Assembly: GCA_040220235.1 (NCBI GenBank)
Contig: JAVJTO010000055.1
Source: Coleofasciculus sp. B1-GNL1-01
Lineage (GTDB): Bacteria; Cyanobacteriota; Cyanobacteriia; Cyanobacteriales; Coleofasciculaceae
Reading direction: 5' to 3' (one strand)
Length of the DNA stretch: 64,000 bases
Shown here: in pieces, positions 51,689 through 61,920 of the stretch
Layout of the letters: each line of letters starts with the position of its first letter
Position numbering within the stretch: position 1 is the first letter of the stretch
Translations under genes and position numbers: made by a program
Notes under the pieces: generated by a model
The model's input: only the letters and a program-made list of their open reading frames with translations
What the model was told of the DNA's origin: nothing
Databases searched by the model: none

Positions 51689-52462
51689 TCATCCACATCC
51701 CCAGCCTGTTGTTTGCAAATGAAAACTATTCGAGTTTAATGCGTCTTGATCAAAGCTTGCGGCTTGAATCAATGCTTGGAAAATGGAAAAATGTCTGGAA
51801 TCTGGGAGGGATAGTTCTGGATGCCATTGCAGCGCGATCGCAAAAGGATGCTGTTTATGTTCTAATGCTTCAATTAAGCCATCTTCGGCTTTAGCGACAA
51901 TCTGCCAACTACAAGGTATTGTACGCACGGTTTGATGATGCCAAGAGACAACAGTAAGTTCCTCCTCTCCCATAATTCCAGACAGTTGGCTATCGGCATA
52001 AATCCGCACCGTATGCTGACTCGGTTTAAGCATTTCCTCGCGATGCAAGATATCTTCCCCAAATTCATCTGGCAGATGGGGAACTAAATCACCCCCACTC
52101 GCTACCATCAGCACTTCTAAGCCGCGACAAATCCCCAAAACAGGCTTGTGTTTCGCCAATGCTAGTTTCGCGAGTGCCAATTCAGCCTGATCTCGTTCCG
52201 GATCAGTGCCATAAATCGTCGGATGAGAGGAACCGTTGTAGAAATCGGGATCAATATCACCCCCACCTGTAAAAATTAATCCATCCACCTGGTTCAGCAA
52301 AACCGCAGGATCAGATTGAACAGGCGGAAGCAAAATGGGTATCCCTCCAGCAGACTGGACTGCCTGAGTATAACCCGCTGGGGAATAAAAATTTCCCGTT
52401 GGCTTGTCGTTATAGGTAGTAATTCCAATGATTGGCTGTGTCATCGGCTTTGGATTCATCAA
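51689..52462 (-). CDS. Gamma-glutamyl-gamma-aminobutyrate hydrolase family (peptidase C26, PuuD-like)
   Basis: GLIFTGGGDIDP, LGICRG, SWHHQ, LQWHPE; start may be 52459 or 52444. Confidence 0.92.
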   Translation of the reverse strand: MMNPKPMTQPIIGITTYNDKPTGNFYSPAGYTQAVQSAGGIPILLPPVQSDPAVLLNQVDGLIFTGGGDIDPDFYNGSSHPTIYGTDPERDQAELALAKLALAKHKPVLGICRGLEVLMVASGGDLVPHLPDEFGEDILHREEMLKPSQHTVRIYADSQLSGIMGEEELTVVSWHHQTVRTIPCSWQIVAKAEDGLIEALEHKQHPFAIALQWHPELSLPDSRHFSIFQALIQAASFDQDALNSNSFHLQTTGWGCG

Positions 52463-53144
52463 GGAAAGTGTCGATAAGGGTTTTCTGATTTAGCCTATAC
52501 AATTTTTACGGAATAAATTGATAGAATCACTGCATTCTCAGCGATGAATTCCAGCTACAGGGAAGAAAATGAGCAAGGGAACGCATCAACCCCAAACGGC
52601 TACGCTGTTAATCTCCGCCATCAGGTTTTAGTTGACGGGAATCGAACTGTGGTTTTTGCTTAAGCAAAATCTGTAGAGGGTATGGCTATGCCTATTTCCC
52701 TAGAACGAGAACGTCTCATTTTTTCTGGCTAAATAAAACTTATTGAGTCATGGCTAGTCACTGCACTGATAGATTAGGATTGTACTCTCTAATTTTAGAA
52801 CTTTTTTGGGTTAGAAAAGTTTGTAGTAGGCACGAAGCGTGCCAGAAGCGCTAAAGCGCTGACTACGAACTCGTATTCTAGGGGTTAAAAAGGGCTTGTT
52901 TGGCTTGTTCTAGCAAAAACTGTTCATAGACACAGCAAATCGATCGCAGGTAGCGGGTAAAATCGATAGAGTAGTCTTGAACCATGGCAATGCTGTAATC
53001 TAGGCAATGCGATCGCTCTTCAACAGACAGAGGCGATCAGATTACTAATTCTGTGGTGGTGGTTTGGATCAGAACTTTTGAGGTGACAAACCCGTAACCC
53101 AGAACAAATGACAAATGACGAAGGACGAATGACGAAGGATAATC

Positions 53145-54080
53145 ATGCGAATTTTAATCATGGGTGGCACTCGCTTCATTGGAGTCTACTTAACCAAAAT
53201 CTTAGTTGAACAAGGACATGAGGTGGTACTGTTCAACCGAGGGAATAAACCTGCCCCTGTTGAAGGGGTACAACAGATTCATGGCGATCGCAAAGACGCT
53301 ACCCAACTCAAGGAAAAGCTGTCTGGAGAAACGTTTGATGCCATCTTTGATAATAACGGGCGGGAACTCAGTGACACTCAACCCCTAGTTGAGATATTTA
53401 AAGACAAAGTACAGCATTTTGTCTATATGAGTTCGGCAGGTGTCTATTTACAATCTGACCAAATGCCCCATGTAGAAGGCGATTCTGTTGATCCGAAAAG
53501 TCGTCACAAAGGGAAACATGAGACGGAAGCGTATCTAGACGCCCAGGGAATTCCCTTTACGGCGATTCGTCCAACCTATATTTATGGACCTCAAAACTAT
53601 AATGACTTAGAAGCCTGGTTCTTTGACCGCATTGTTCGCGATCGCCCGATCCTAATTCCCAGTAGTGGTCTATATATCACACAACTGGGACATTGTAAAG
53701 ATTTAGCCCGTGCCATGTCTATGGTACTAGGAAACCAGCAAGCCATTGGACAAATTTACAATGTATCTGGCGATCGTTATGTCACCTTTGACGGCTTGGC
53801 AAACGCCTGTATTGTCGCGGCGGGCAAATCCCCCAAGGATTTCGATCTGTTACATTACAATCCCAAAAAATTTGATTTTGGCAAGCGCAAAGCGTTCCCC
53901 CTGCGAACCCAACACTTTTTTGCTGATGTCCAGAAAGCCAAGACTCAACTCAAATGGGAACCGGAATATGACTTGATATCGGGACTTAAGGACTCATTCC
54001 AAAATGATTACCTAGCATCTGGACGTCATGAAGCGGAGGTGGATTTCTCCTTAGATGACCAAATATTAGCCGCGAGTTGA
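53145..54080 (+). CDS. NAD-dependent epimerase/dehydratase family, CSP41b-like RNA-binding protein
   Basis: MGGTRFIG, YMSSAGVY, VDPKSRHKGK, KRKAFPLR.QHFFA. Confidence 0.9.
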   Translation: MRILIMGGTRFIGVYLTKILVEQGHEVVLFNRGNKPAPVEGVQQIHGDRKDATQLKEKLSGETFDAIFDNNGRELSDTQPLVEIFKDKVQHFVYMSSAGVYLQSDQMPHVEGDSVDPKSRHKGKHETEAYLDAQGIPFTAIRPTYIYGPQNYNDLEAWFFDRIVRDRPILIPSSGLYITQLGHCKDLARAMSMVLGNQQAIGQIYNVSGDRYVTFDGLANACIVAAGKSPKDFDLLHYNPKKFDFGKRKAFPLRTQHFFADVQKAKTQLKWEPEYDLISGLKDSFQNDYLASGRHEAEVDFSLDDQILAAS

Positions 54081-54583
54081 GGTAAAAGGTAAATTCCGCC
54101 AGAAATTAGGGTGAGGACAACCGATAACCAAAATAGGACAAGGGATGGCATCTCCCACACCTGCGGAAGTGGTGCAATTAATAGGGCAACTGCTGTAATT
54201 TGAGTTACGGTTTTGAGTTTGCCCCAAATATTTGCGCCACTAATTTCCTGGGTCAAATTGGGGTTCACTCGCCAACCCGCGATCGCTAATTCCCGCGCTA
54301 AAATCAGAAACACCCCCCAAGCGGGAACCTGACCCAATTCGATTAAGGCTAAAAGGGGGGCTAAGACTAATAATTTATCCACTAACGGATCAAGAAATTT
54401 TCCTAAATCCGTAACTTGATCCAGTTTTCGCGCCAGATAACCATCTAACCAATCCGTACCTGCGGCGATGAGAAAGATTGCCAGACAAATCCAGCGCGTC
54501 TGATCTGTGGGATCATGCAGTCCGTATAGAATAAAGGGCAATCCGAGTAATCGAGAAAATGTAATCCATGTGGGTAGTGTCAT
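54026..54583 (-). CDS. pgsA: CDP-diacylglycerol-glycerol-3-phosphate 3-phosphatidyltransferase
   Basis: TDWLDGYLARK..TDLGKFLDPLVDK. Confidence 0.95.
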   Translation of the reverse strand: MTLPTWITFSRLLGLPFILYGLHDPTDQTRWICLAIFLIAAGTDWLDGYLARKLDQVTDLGKFLDPLVDKLLVLAPLLALIELGQVPAWGVFLILARELAIAGWRVNPNLTQEISGANIWGKLKTVTQITAVALLIAPLPQVWEMPSLVLFWLSVVLTLISGGIYLLPQLAANIWSSKEKSTSAS

Positions 54584-54596
54584 CAGATTTATGAAT

Positions 54597-54792
54597 CAGG
54601 GCGGGTTTTGTTGTTCTGTTATCGGTGGGGAGGGCGGGTTTTGCTGTTCTGTTATCGGTGGGGAGGGCGGGTTTTGTTGTTCCGTTATCGGTGGGGAGGG
54701 CGGGTTTTGCTGTTCTGTTATCGGTGACTAGCTGAATTGAGTCCCTAAACCCGCCCCTACAATTGTCCCTAAACCCGCCCCTACAATTGTCC
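54597..54792. repeat. REP-like element with 33-bp repeat x4 and 24-bp repeat x2
   Basis: GGGCGGGTTTTG.TGTTC.GTTATCGGTGGGGA units, then CCCTAAACCCGCCCCTACAATTGT twice. Confidence 0.88.
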
Positions 54793-54928
54793 CTGAACAT
54801 TATTTTTTTAGTTTAATCGAGTTAGGATTAGAAAATCTTAATTGCTGGATGTTGTTTAAATATTAAGGATTGAAAAATTACAAAGAATTTTTTCGGCAAT
54901 AGCAACTTAAACCGAGATACACGTCGGT

Positions 54929-55615
54929 TCAATGCGCTCCTTGCTTCTTCAGAACTACAGCAATCGTTTTCAGAATGAGCTGGAAGTCATAGAGAAGAGA
55001 CCACTTGCGCTGATAAGCTAGATCCATCGACACAATATCTTCAAAATCAATCACACTAGAGCGACCATGGACTTGCCATTCTCCAGTCATTCCTGGCTTA
55101 GTTCTCAATCGTTGCCAATGATGCGACTTATAGTGCTGTACTTCATTCAGGGTGGGCGGACGAGTCCCGACTAAGCTCATCTCACCGTTAAGCACATTCC
55201 AAAATTGAGGCAATTCATCCAAGCTGGTGCGCCGCAAAAACCGACCTACACGAGTGATGCGAGGGTCGTTGGTATTTTTAAAGATATGACCTTTTGCCTG
55301 ATTTTGCACCAAATGTTGCCTGCGATCAGCATCTACAACCATTGAACGAAATTTCAAGATGCGAAAGGATTTACCTCGTAAACCACAACGAAGTTGACGA
55401 TAGAAGATTGGACCAGGATCGTCAATCTGGATGGCGATCACAATTGGTATGGCGAGAATTGCCGTCAGAAACAAGCCAACCACAGCTCCCAGAATATCAA
55501 TGAGACGTTTAATTTTGCAGGTTGCCGATCGGTGCTGCACAATTAATCGAGAGGAACTTTGGAGCTGGGGGGGATCACCCGGTAAGGGTGTGGAACCGTT
55601 TGATGTAGTAAACAC
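54929..55615 (-). CDS. Bacterial sugar transferase (priming glycosyltransferase)
   Basis: KRLIDI, KFRSM, DPRITRVGRFLRRTSLDELPQFWNVL.GEMSLVG.RP. Confidence 0.95.
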   Translation of the reverse strand: MFTTSNGSTPLPGDPPQLQSSSRLIVQHRSATCKIKRLIDILGAVVGLFLTAILAIPIVIAIQIDDPGPIFYRQLRCGLRGKSFRILKFRSMVVDADRRQHLVQNQAKGHIFKNTNDPRITRVGRFLRRTSLDELPQFWNVLNGEMSLVGTRPPTLNEVQHYKSHHWQRLRTKPGMTGEWQVHGRSSVIDFEDIVSMDLAYQRKWSLLYDFQLILKTIAVVLKKQGAH

Positions 55616-56170
55616 AGTGCAAACTCAGTTGTATTACAAGTTGTAAGTTATTTAGCCGATTATCATGTTCTATATTATTGAGAGGTTTGCCAAAAAAAAA
55701 TAGTCCGTTGGATACACTTCACGAATTCTTTACAATTCTATAGCGACTGAATGCAGTTTTTATGAAGATATGATGAAGATTATGGATTGAGATTAACGAG
55801 GATTACGCCATCTAACAATTTCTAATCAAAGCTGAAAGCGCGATCTAGGGTCTAAGTAATGACTTTACCTTTGGCATCTATCTTAAGATGTAGATTATAT
55901 AGTCATAGCCCGTTTAAATGAGGCGTGAACATAAATGGCGCTAAAACCCTTATCCAGTAAGGGTTATCATTTCACAACTGATTTAGAGGTTACTGAATAA
56001 GTAGGGGCTGCTAAATAAGTCTTGTGGTAGGGAGAGGCAATAGGGAATAGGGAATGGGAAACAGAGAACAGTTGTAGTGTGAGCGTCTCGTTCGCTATTT
56101 TGTCAGGGTTTTTATCTATGTTTCATAAGAAGACGCTATATGCAACGTCTCTAAAGTATGTTGATAGCTT

Positions 56171-57901
56171 TTATTTATAGCAATGATTAAAATTAATGAT
56201 TAAAGGCTCATCAAACGTTTGAGATAGACTGGATGCAATCAGTTTAAGGTATTGACGTAGACGCTCGTGTTGTTGGAAATTGGGACGATAAAGCCGATCG
56301 CCTACGGGTGAAAATAGGTTGACATCAGCCAGATCAGCATCAGGAAAATCTGGGAGAGAAGCTGGAGAGAACCCCCGTAGGCGATCGCCATCCGGGATTA
56401 ACCCTGACGGTAACTCACCATCCAAAAACCCCAGCAACCGTTCATTACAGGCGACTGTGTTGAGACCTTGACGTTCTAAGCGTTGCCGAATCTCTGCCAG
56501 AGTGTAATCTCGAATTCCTGATTCCTTCTCTGTTGAGGGAAACGCCTTTAGCAGTTCTGACAGCAGAAAGTAGTCACTATACTGTTGCTGGAAGCGATTA
56601 AAGACATGAGGATACAGGGGTAACCTCGCTAGTCCGGTAGCGACCCAAGTTTGGGGAAATTCACTGTCTTGAATCAGTGTAGCGTTAGGCAATTTGTCCT
56701 GAAGCCACTGCTTCACCCTGTTTGACTTAGCACTTCCTCCCGTACAGATAGCTTGACTGATCGCCTGTTGGGATTGTCCGGCTTGAATCAGCAATCGGTT
56801 GACCTGTTGGTTGAGTTGTTCAATAAACGGTGTGATAACGGCACTGTTAAAGTCTTTTTGCTGCACCGTCCATCGATACGCACCCAATTCCAGGGTAAAT
56901 TCAGTTTTGTGTGGCAAAATCAGCTTCAAATATTCAGCCGCTTTCAGTAGCGCCTGTCCTAACACCGAATGCTGTAACTCGAATAAAGCGCGATCGCGTC
57001 GTTTGGGGTCAGGTTGACCGGGTAAGGGGGGTTCTAAATCCTGGCTAAGATTCAGTTGTGCTAATTGCGCCTCAGACATCTGCGGGTAGAGTAACTGCCA
57101 AACGATATCTTGATCAATAGCCTGACCTGCGTAAGACCAACTTTGAAGTTTAAAATCGGCGTAGGTTAATTGGCGGGGATTGTAAGGCAAATCCACTAAT
57201 GCCAATTCCGTGGTGGTTGCGCCACTATCGATCACCAACGTCCAGCCACGCCCAAGTGTAGTAGATTGAGACCTCAAGGGGGAAGAGGCGGGTTCAGCCG
57301 TGGGAAAAGCGGCCAAGAGGGAGGCGATCGCATCTTCTAAAAAGACAATTTGTTGCGATTCCTTGACTAACTTGGCAGCTAATACGGCTTCTCGGACATT
57401 AATCTGGTAGGTATCGCCCCAATCGGCTGGATAACTGACAATAACACCTGCCAGTTGTGCCAAAGCGTCTGCTAGTAATTCGGATTCTAGACCCATCGCC
57501 CCTACCTGCAATGACACCTTGGTGCGAACCGTCTCTGGGGTTAAAGTGGCTAACATTGCCTGTAAGGATCGCCGTACCCAATAGAGAGGAACCCGTCCAT
57601 CGGGTAACGCTAACATTGGTTCCCACTGACGATGTTCTGGGCAATAGTAAGGAATTGCCAACGGTAAATAGGGTTTAACCGTGGACACCCTTATTCCTGC
57701 TGCTTTTACCACGGTAGGACTCGCGGAGGTTTGTGTCGGTAAGCGAAATACGCGATCGCCTGAATCATGATTGGTGGTTGACGATTCCTGTTGCCAATAT
57801 AAAGGGTAGTGCTGACCTGTGTTTTTGTTCAACACCACAGCCGACAGCCCCGTGGTGCCGAAATCAATTCCTAAGTACCAGAGAGGATTATTGGTATCCA
57901 C
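56171..57901 (-). CDS. Hsp70/actin-like ATPase-fold hypothetical protein
   Basis: LGIDFGTT, VIDSGATTT, AGQAIDQ, CTGG. Confidence 0.75.
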   Translation of the reverse strand: MDTNNPLWYLGIDFGTTGLSAVVLNKNTGQHYPLYWQQESSTTNHDSGDRVFRLPTQTSASPTVVKAAGIRVSTVKPYLPLAIPYYCPEHRQWEPMLALPDGRVPLYWVRRSLQAMLATLTPETVRTKVSLQVGAMGLESELLADALAQLAGVIVSYPADWGDTYQINVREAVLAAKLVKESQQIVFLEDAIASLLAAFPTAEPASSPLRSQSTTLGRGWTLVIDSGATTTELALVDLPYNPRQLTYADFKLQSWSYAGQAIDQDIVWQLLYPQMSEAQLAQLNLSQDLEPPLPGQPDPKRRDRALFELQHSVLGQALLKAAEYLKLILPHKTEFTLELGAYRWTVQQKDFNSAVITPFIEQLNQQVNRLLIQAGQSQQAISQAICTGGSAKSNRVKQWLQDKLPNATLIQDSEFPQTWVATGLARLPLYPHVFNRFQQQYSDYFLLSELLKAFPSTEKESGIRDYTLAEIRQRLERQGLNTVACNERLLGFLDGELPSGLIPDGDRLRGFSPASLPDFPDADLADVNLFSPVGDRLYRPNFQQHERLRQYLKLIASSLSQTFDEPLIINFNHCYK

Positions 57902-57936
57902 TAGCCAATTTGATGATCAAGTCACATTACCTACCT

Positions 57937-58269
57937 ATAGGGGTACGGCAGTGTCCACCCGTGTCAACTACAGGCGAGAAAACCAATGCTGGCAAGATTT
58001 TAAGCTGTGTCTATCTACTTCTCGACATTTCCCCCTCATCCCCTAACCCCTTCTCCCGACCCCCCTCGTTCCCCCCTACAAGAGGGGGGATGACAGAGGA
58101 TACTTCGTTTTTGTTGCACGGGAGAAGGGGAACCGGATCTCTTGCTCCCCTCTTGCTCCCCTCTCCCAAGCTTGGGAGAGGGGCTGGGGGTGAGGGCTGG
58201 CGTGGGAGAGGGGCTGGGGACGAGGGGTTGAGCTTAAGTTGACACCAATGGACACTGCCGTGTCCCTAC
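57937..58269. mobile_element. ~330-bp MITE-like composite with ~33-bp imperfect TIRs
   Basis: TAGGGGTACGGCAGTGTCCACCCGTGTCAACTA ... AAGTTGACACCAATGGACACTGCCGTGTCCCTAC enclosing CCCCTCTCCC/GGGAGAGGGG palindromes. Confidence 0.65.
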
Positions 58270-58270
58270 T

Positions 58271-60622
58271 CTAATCCCTATTGTGTTCGCCATCCTCTAA
58301 AGACGTTTCTTGAGGTTGGCTCACGGAATGTTGATCAGGAGTCACGGAGTCTTCCAAGACATATTCTTCTACCACATTGTCTTGCTCTAAGTCAATCGAT
58401 TCCTCAGACAAATCATCATAAACATCGTCCAACTCTGGGGATGGTGGTGGCGTCGTTTTCTCCGAGTCACTCACCAAGGGATCAGGTTCGCGAGAGTCTC
58501 GGTCAGTTGGGGTTGTCTGTTGCCAATCTGGGAAGATAACATCCTCTTGGGATAGGTCATGGAGGGCAAACTCTTCCCAATCTTCTGCCAACAACTCCTC
58601 TGACATGGGCAATGACTGGATTGAGTCCAAATCGAAGTTTGGCGGTGAAACGGTGCGATCGCGAGACGGGGACGGCTGAGGGACAATATTCAGATGGTCT
58701 TCAGCTTCAAAGCTGTGTAGGTCTTCACTAAGCTGCTGGAGGGTACTTTGGTCTAGCCTAATCTCTTGACCGGAAAACTGTTGCGATTCATCGCTAACCA
58801 GCAAATCTTCATCGGGTGAGGCGGGAATATAGTGATCCTCAACTGAGGTAACGGAGGAATCGGTTTCTCCGGGGTGTTCCGAAAACCATTCTTCCTCACG
58901 AGTCGTTGCGATGGATGGAGTATCGGCTAGGGGGGAGGAATAACTGATCCCCATTTCATCGAGTAAATCGGTTAGGGCGGTAATTGTTTTAACATCTTGA
59001 GACTTGCTGAACCTTTCCTGGTAAAAATAAGTGGCGGGTTCTGGCGTGGCGACTACCTCTGACTCAATCGGGGCGTCAGGTGTTGGCGTTTCAAATAATA
59101 AGGTTTCCCAGGATAGTTGATCATGATTGATGCCTTCAATCCAGGGTTCGGCTGAACTCGGTTCATCGGCGGGATCAGTGAATCCGTCAAATAGATAATC
59201 AGCAATCTCCACCGATACAGTCTCACCGAAAGCCTGATCCGAGGATCGCTCATCTTGCCCTTCCGTTGTGGTGATTGATGTTGCTGAGGTATTTGCATCC
59301 GTCACTTCGACGGTATTGGCTGAAGCAGGGGTATTGGAGTCTAGGACTGCGTCTGTGCCAAATAAGGTGTTATACAACTCATCAATTTCATGGTGGCGAT
59401 TCTCGACTTCAGTTTGATCGGCAACCTCTGGTTCTACAGGTTGCGTGTCATCCGCCTGAGAGATTGGGGCTGAGGGGGATGATGGTGTTGTGGACTCCGG
59501 CGTACTATCGATGCCTAAGAGGAAATCTAGGTCTTGAAAGTTTGAATCATTTTCTGAGATAGAGGTATCCATATCCCAGCCAATCAAGGCGTCTAGGGGA
59601 TTGTCTGCTAAATTTTCTGTTTCGAGTTCTTTAGTCCATTGCTGATCAGCAATTTTAGACGGTAGTTGAGCCTGAGTTGGTGGGGATGGGGTTAAAGCGT
59701 TGGCAGATAGGGTCACATTGAATTCAGGCTGAGACACCGGATCAATGCCCACAAAAATGCCCTCTTGTTTTGATGTCGATGACGTTGAATCGGGCATTGA
59801 CTGGGATAATTCTGTCACCTCTGACCAAGGTTGAGACGATTGCACCAAGGTTGAGGTTTCTCGTCCCAATAGCTGGGCGAGGCGATTGACCAGGGCTGTA
59901 AATAATAGCTCTCCTTGATTGCTCAAGCGATGCATTTTGTCAAGTCCTTGAGACAAAGATTGCTGATACCCATGCAGATCCCGATCAAGTGCATCAAAGA
60001 GTGACCGTTGGTTGGCATCGAGATTGAGCAACATGCGATCGCTCTCTCGTTGCAGTTGCCGCAGTTGCTCCAAGCGTTCTTGTGGCAACATTATTCCAGA
60101 GGCAGGTTGCCCGGGTGAGTCCGATGTTGATGAAGCGTTGAGCAGTTGAGCTTCTAAATTCAGTAAGATTTGAGCCAGTTGCTGGGTCAGGCGTTCGGTT
60201 GACTGGTGAATTAAATCCTGAGCAAATTCTGGGAGAGGTTGCTCTTGTCCGCCCCCTTTCGCGGTAACAGTATTTTGCAATTGCTGTTTTTTCTGCTCAA
60301 GGTGCTGAATGTCTTGAGTTAAGGACTCTCGCTGTTGACGTAATGCTGACAATTCAGTCTGCAAGGGTTCTGTAACCTGTTGGCGGATACTCTCCATTTC
60401 TTGAGCAACCGCCTGCACAATTGGTGTAACGGCTGATTCGGGGGATGGCGACATTGCCATTTCGTCTGACTGCATCGACAGCAGATAGCTACGCACCCGT
60501 TTTAGGATTTCGCGATCGCGGGCTAAATCGTTGGGTTTAGACCAAGGGAAACGGGAGCCAAACTTGGCAAGGAGACTGTCAATATCAGCAATCAGCGATT
60601 GGATTTTCTTCTGTTTAGTCAC
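58271..60622 (-). CDS. Hypothetical protein with N-terminal coiled coils and long acidic disordered region
   Basis: 783-aa ORF; Q/L-rich heptads followed by a D/E/S/P/T-rich region. Confidence 0.75.
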   Translation of the reverse strand: MTKQKKIQSLIADIDSLLAKFGSRFPWSKPNDLARDREILKRVRSYLLSMQSDEMAMSPSPESAVTPIVQAVAQEMESIRQQVTEPLQTELSALRQQRESLTQDIQHLEQKKQQLQNTVTAKGGGQEQPLPEFAQDLIHQSTERLTQQLAQILLNLEAQLLNASSTSDSPGQPASGIMLPQERLEQLRQLQRESDRMLLNLDANQRSLFDALDRDLHGYQQSLSQGLDKMHRLSNQGELLFTALVNRLAQLLGRETSTLVQSSQPWSEVTELSQSMPDSTSSTSKQEGIFVGIDPVSQPEFNVTLSANALTPSPPTQAQLPSKIADQQWTKELETENLADNPLDALIGWDMDTSISENDSNFQDLDFLLGIDSTPESTTPSSPSAPISQADDTQPVEPEVADQTEVENRHHEIDELYNTLFGTDAVLDSNTPASANTVEVTDANTSATSITTTEGQDERSSDQAFGETVSVEIADYLFDGFTDPADEPSSAEPWIEGINHDQLSWETLLFETPTPDAPIESEVVATPEPATYFYQERFSKSQDVKTITALTDLLDEMGISYSSPLADTPSIATTREEEWFSEHPGETDSSVTSVEDHYIPASPDEDLLVSDESQQFSGQEIRLDQSTLQQLSEDLHSFEAEDHLNIVPQPSPSRDRTVSPPNFDLDSIQSLPMSEELLAEDWEEFALHDLSQEDVIFPDWQQTTPTDRDSREPDPLVSDSEKTTPPPSPELDDVYDDLSEESIDLEQDNVVEEYVLEDSVTPDQHSVSQPQETSLEDGEHNRD

Positions 60623-61078
60623 GGTGGAACGCCTGACAACTTATGTTCACGCTTCGCAGGAGTTATTGCGATCGCCTGCTTTTATTATGTAGGAACATGA
60701 ACCCTTGCCGTTAGCCTAGTCTGAAAACGTATTCTGGCTAACCGATGTCCTCTCAAGTCCTGATTACAGGCATCTAAGTTGTTAAATCTCCCTCAATATG
60801 CAGCATAATAGCTGTGTACCAATCTCCGGCTGATTAGCTTGAATTTCCAATAGGATTAGAATTAAAGGCACTTCGAGGGAGTATAGCGCCGTTCATCGAT
60901 CAGGACATAAGTCCCTTGTATCTGCCATTATGGCTGGTCTGGATGGGGTGATGAGGGGCGCTTGTACCACAAAGACTCAATTTTGTGTCTGTTGTGAAAC
61001 AGCAAGGAACCTGCTTAAGTTTTTGAGGATAACAAATCGCCGTACTTGTCCACGGCGTATACAATGTGGTTTGGCTTC

Positions 61079-61786
61079 ATGGATGATCGATACAGCTCAC
61101 ACGAAATGAACTCTAATGTTAATGAGTTGATTCGCACTGCTCCTTTATTTTCTGGCTTACCAGAAGCCAGTGTGAATCAAGCGACTTCTCATGTTGTTAC
61201 TCGCAGCCACCCCAAGGATCGAGTTATTTTGCTGGAGAATGACTGGGGTGGCTCAGTTTACTTCATTTTGGAGGGCTGGGCAAAAATTCGTACCTATAAC
61301 CTGGAAGGGAAAGAGGTGACCCTCAACATTTTAGGGAAGGGGGAAATTTTTGGCGAAATGGCGGCGCTGGATGAGGTACCTCGTTCTACCGATGTGATTA
61401 CCCTAACGCCCACGACGATTGGCAGTATACCTGCCCAGGATTTTATCCAGCTTATTCATGATGAACCTTTAGCCGGGGTTCGTTTGTCTCAGCTTATGGC
61501 AAAGCGCTTGCGCCAAGTTAATCGCCGTCTCCGCCTGAGAGAGTCGGATAGTACCTCGCGAGTGGCAGACACGCTCCTGTTTTTGGCAGAGGGTCAGGGT
61601 AAACTTAAACAGCAAGGCACTGAGATTCCCAACTTACCCCATCGCGAGTTAAGCAGTTTGAGTGGATTGGCACGGGAGACAGTGACGCGAGTTTTGACGA
61701 AGCTGGAAAAAAAAGGCTTGATTAAGCGAGAACACGATATTATGTTTATCCCGGATCTGGCGGCATTAGAACGCATTATTGCTTAG
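61079..61786 (+). CDS. Crp/Fnr family transcriptional regulator (cAMP-receptor-like)
   Basis: GEIFGEMAALDEVPRST cNMP pocket; HTH LARETVTRVL. Confidence 0.93.
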   Translation: MDDRYSSHEMNSNVNELIRTAPLFSGLPEASVNQATSHVVTRSHPKDRVILLENDWGGSVYFILEGWAKIRTYNLEGKEVTLNILGKGEIFGEMAALDEVPRSTDVITLTPTTIGSIPAQDFIQLIHDEPLAGVRLSQLMAKRLRQVNRRLRLRESDSTSRVADTLLFLAEGQGKLKQQGTEIPNLPHRELSSLSGLARETVTRVLTKLEKKGLIKREHDIMFIPDLAALERIIA

Positions 61787-61920
61787 AAGTGTTATTTGTC
61801 TTATGTTCTTCATCATTGGTAAGGTTTGAGGCAGATTTACCTACGCAAGGGGATCAGGCGATCATGTCGAGGTGAAAGGGGCGTTAAAGTGGAGGTTGAT
61901 CAAGCGTTGATAAAAGCTGC

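Noticed and set aside
52630..52652. GTTCGATTCCC T-loop-like motif on the minus strand (tRNA/tmRNA fragment or att site)
   Set aside because: Flanks do not form a T-stem or cloverleaf
54597..54730. 33-bp repeats here and at 19414, and the 21-bp array at 50719, as CRISPR arrays
   Set aside because: Head-to-tail repeats with no unique spacers and no cas genes
57733..58242. 169-aa ORF
   Set aside because: Made of repeat-element sequence plus antisense overlap with the Hsp70-like gene
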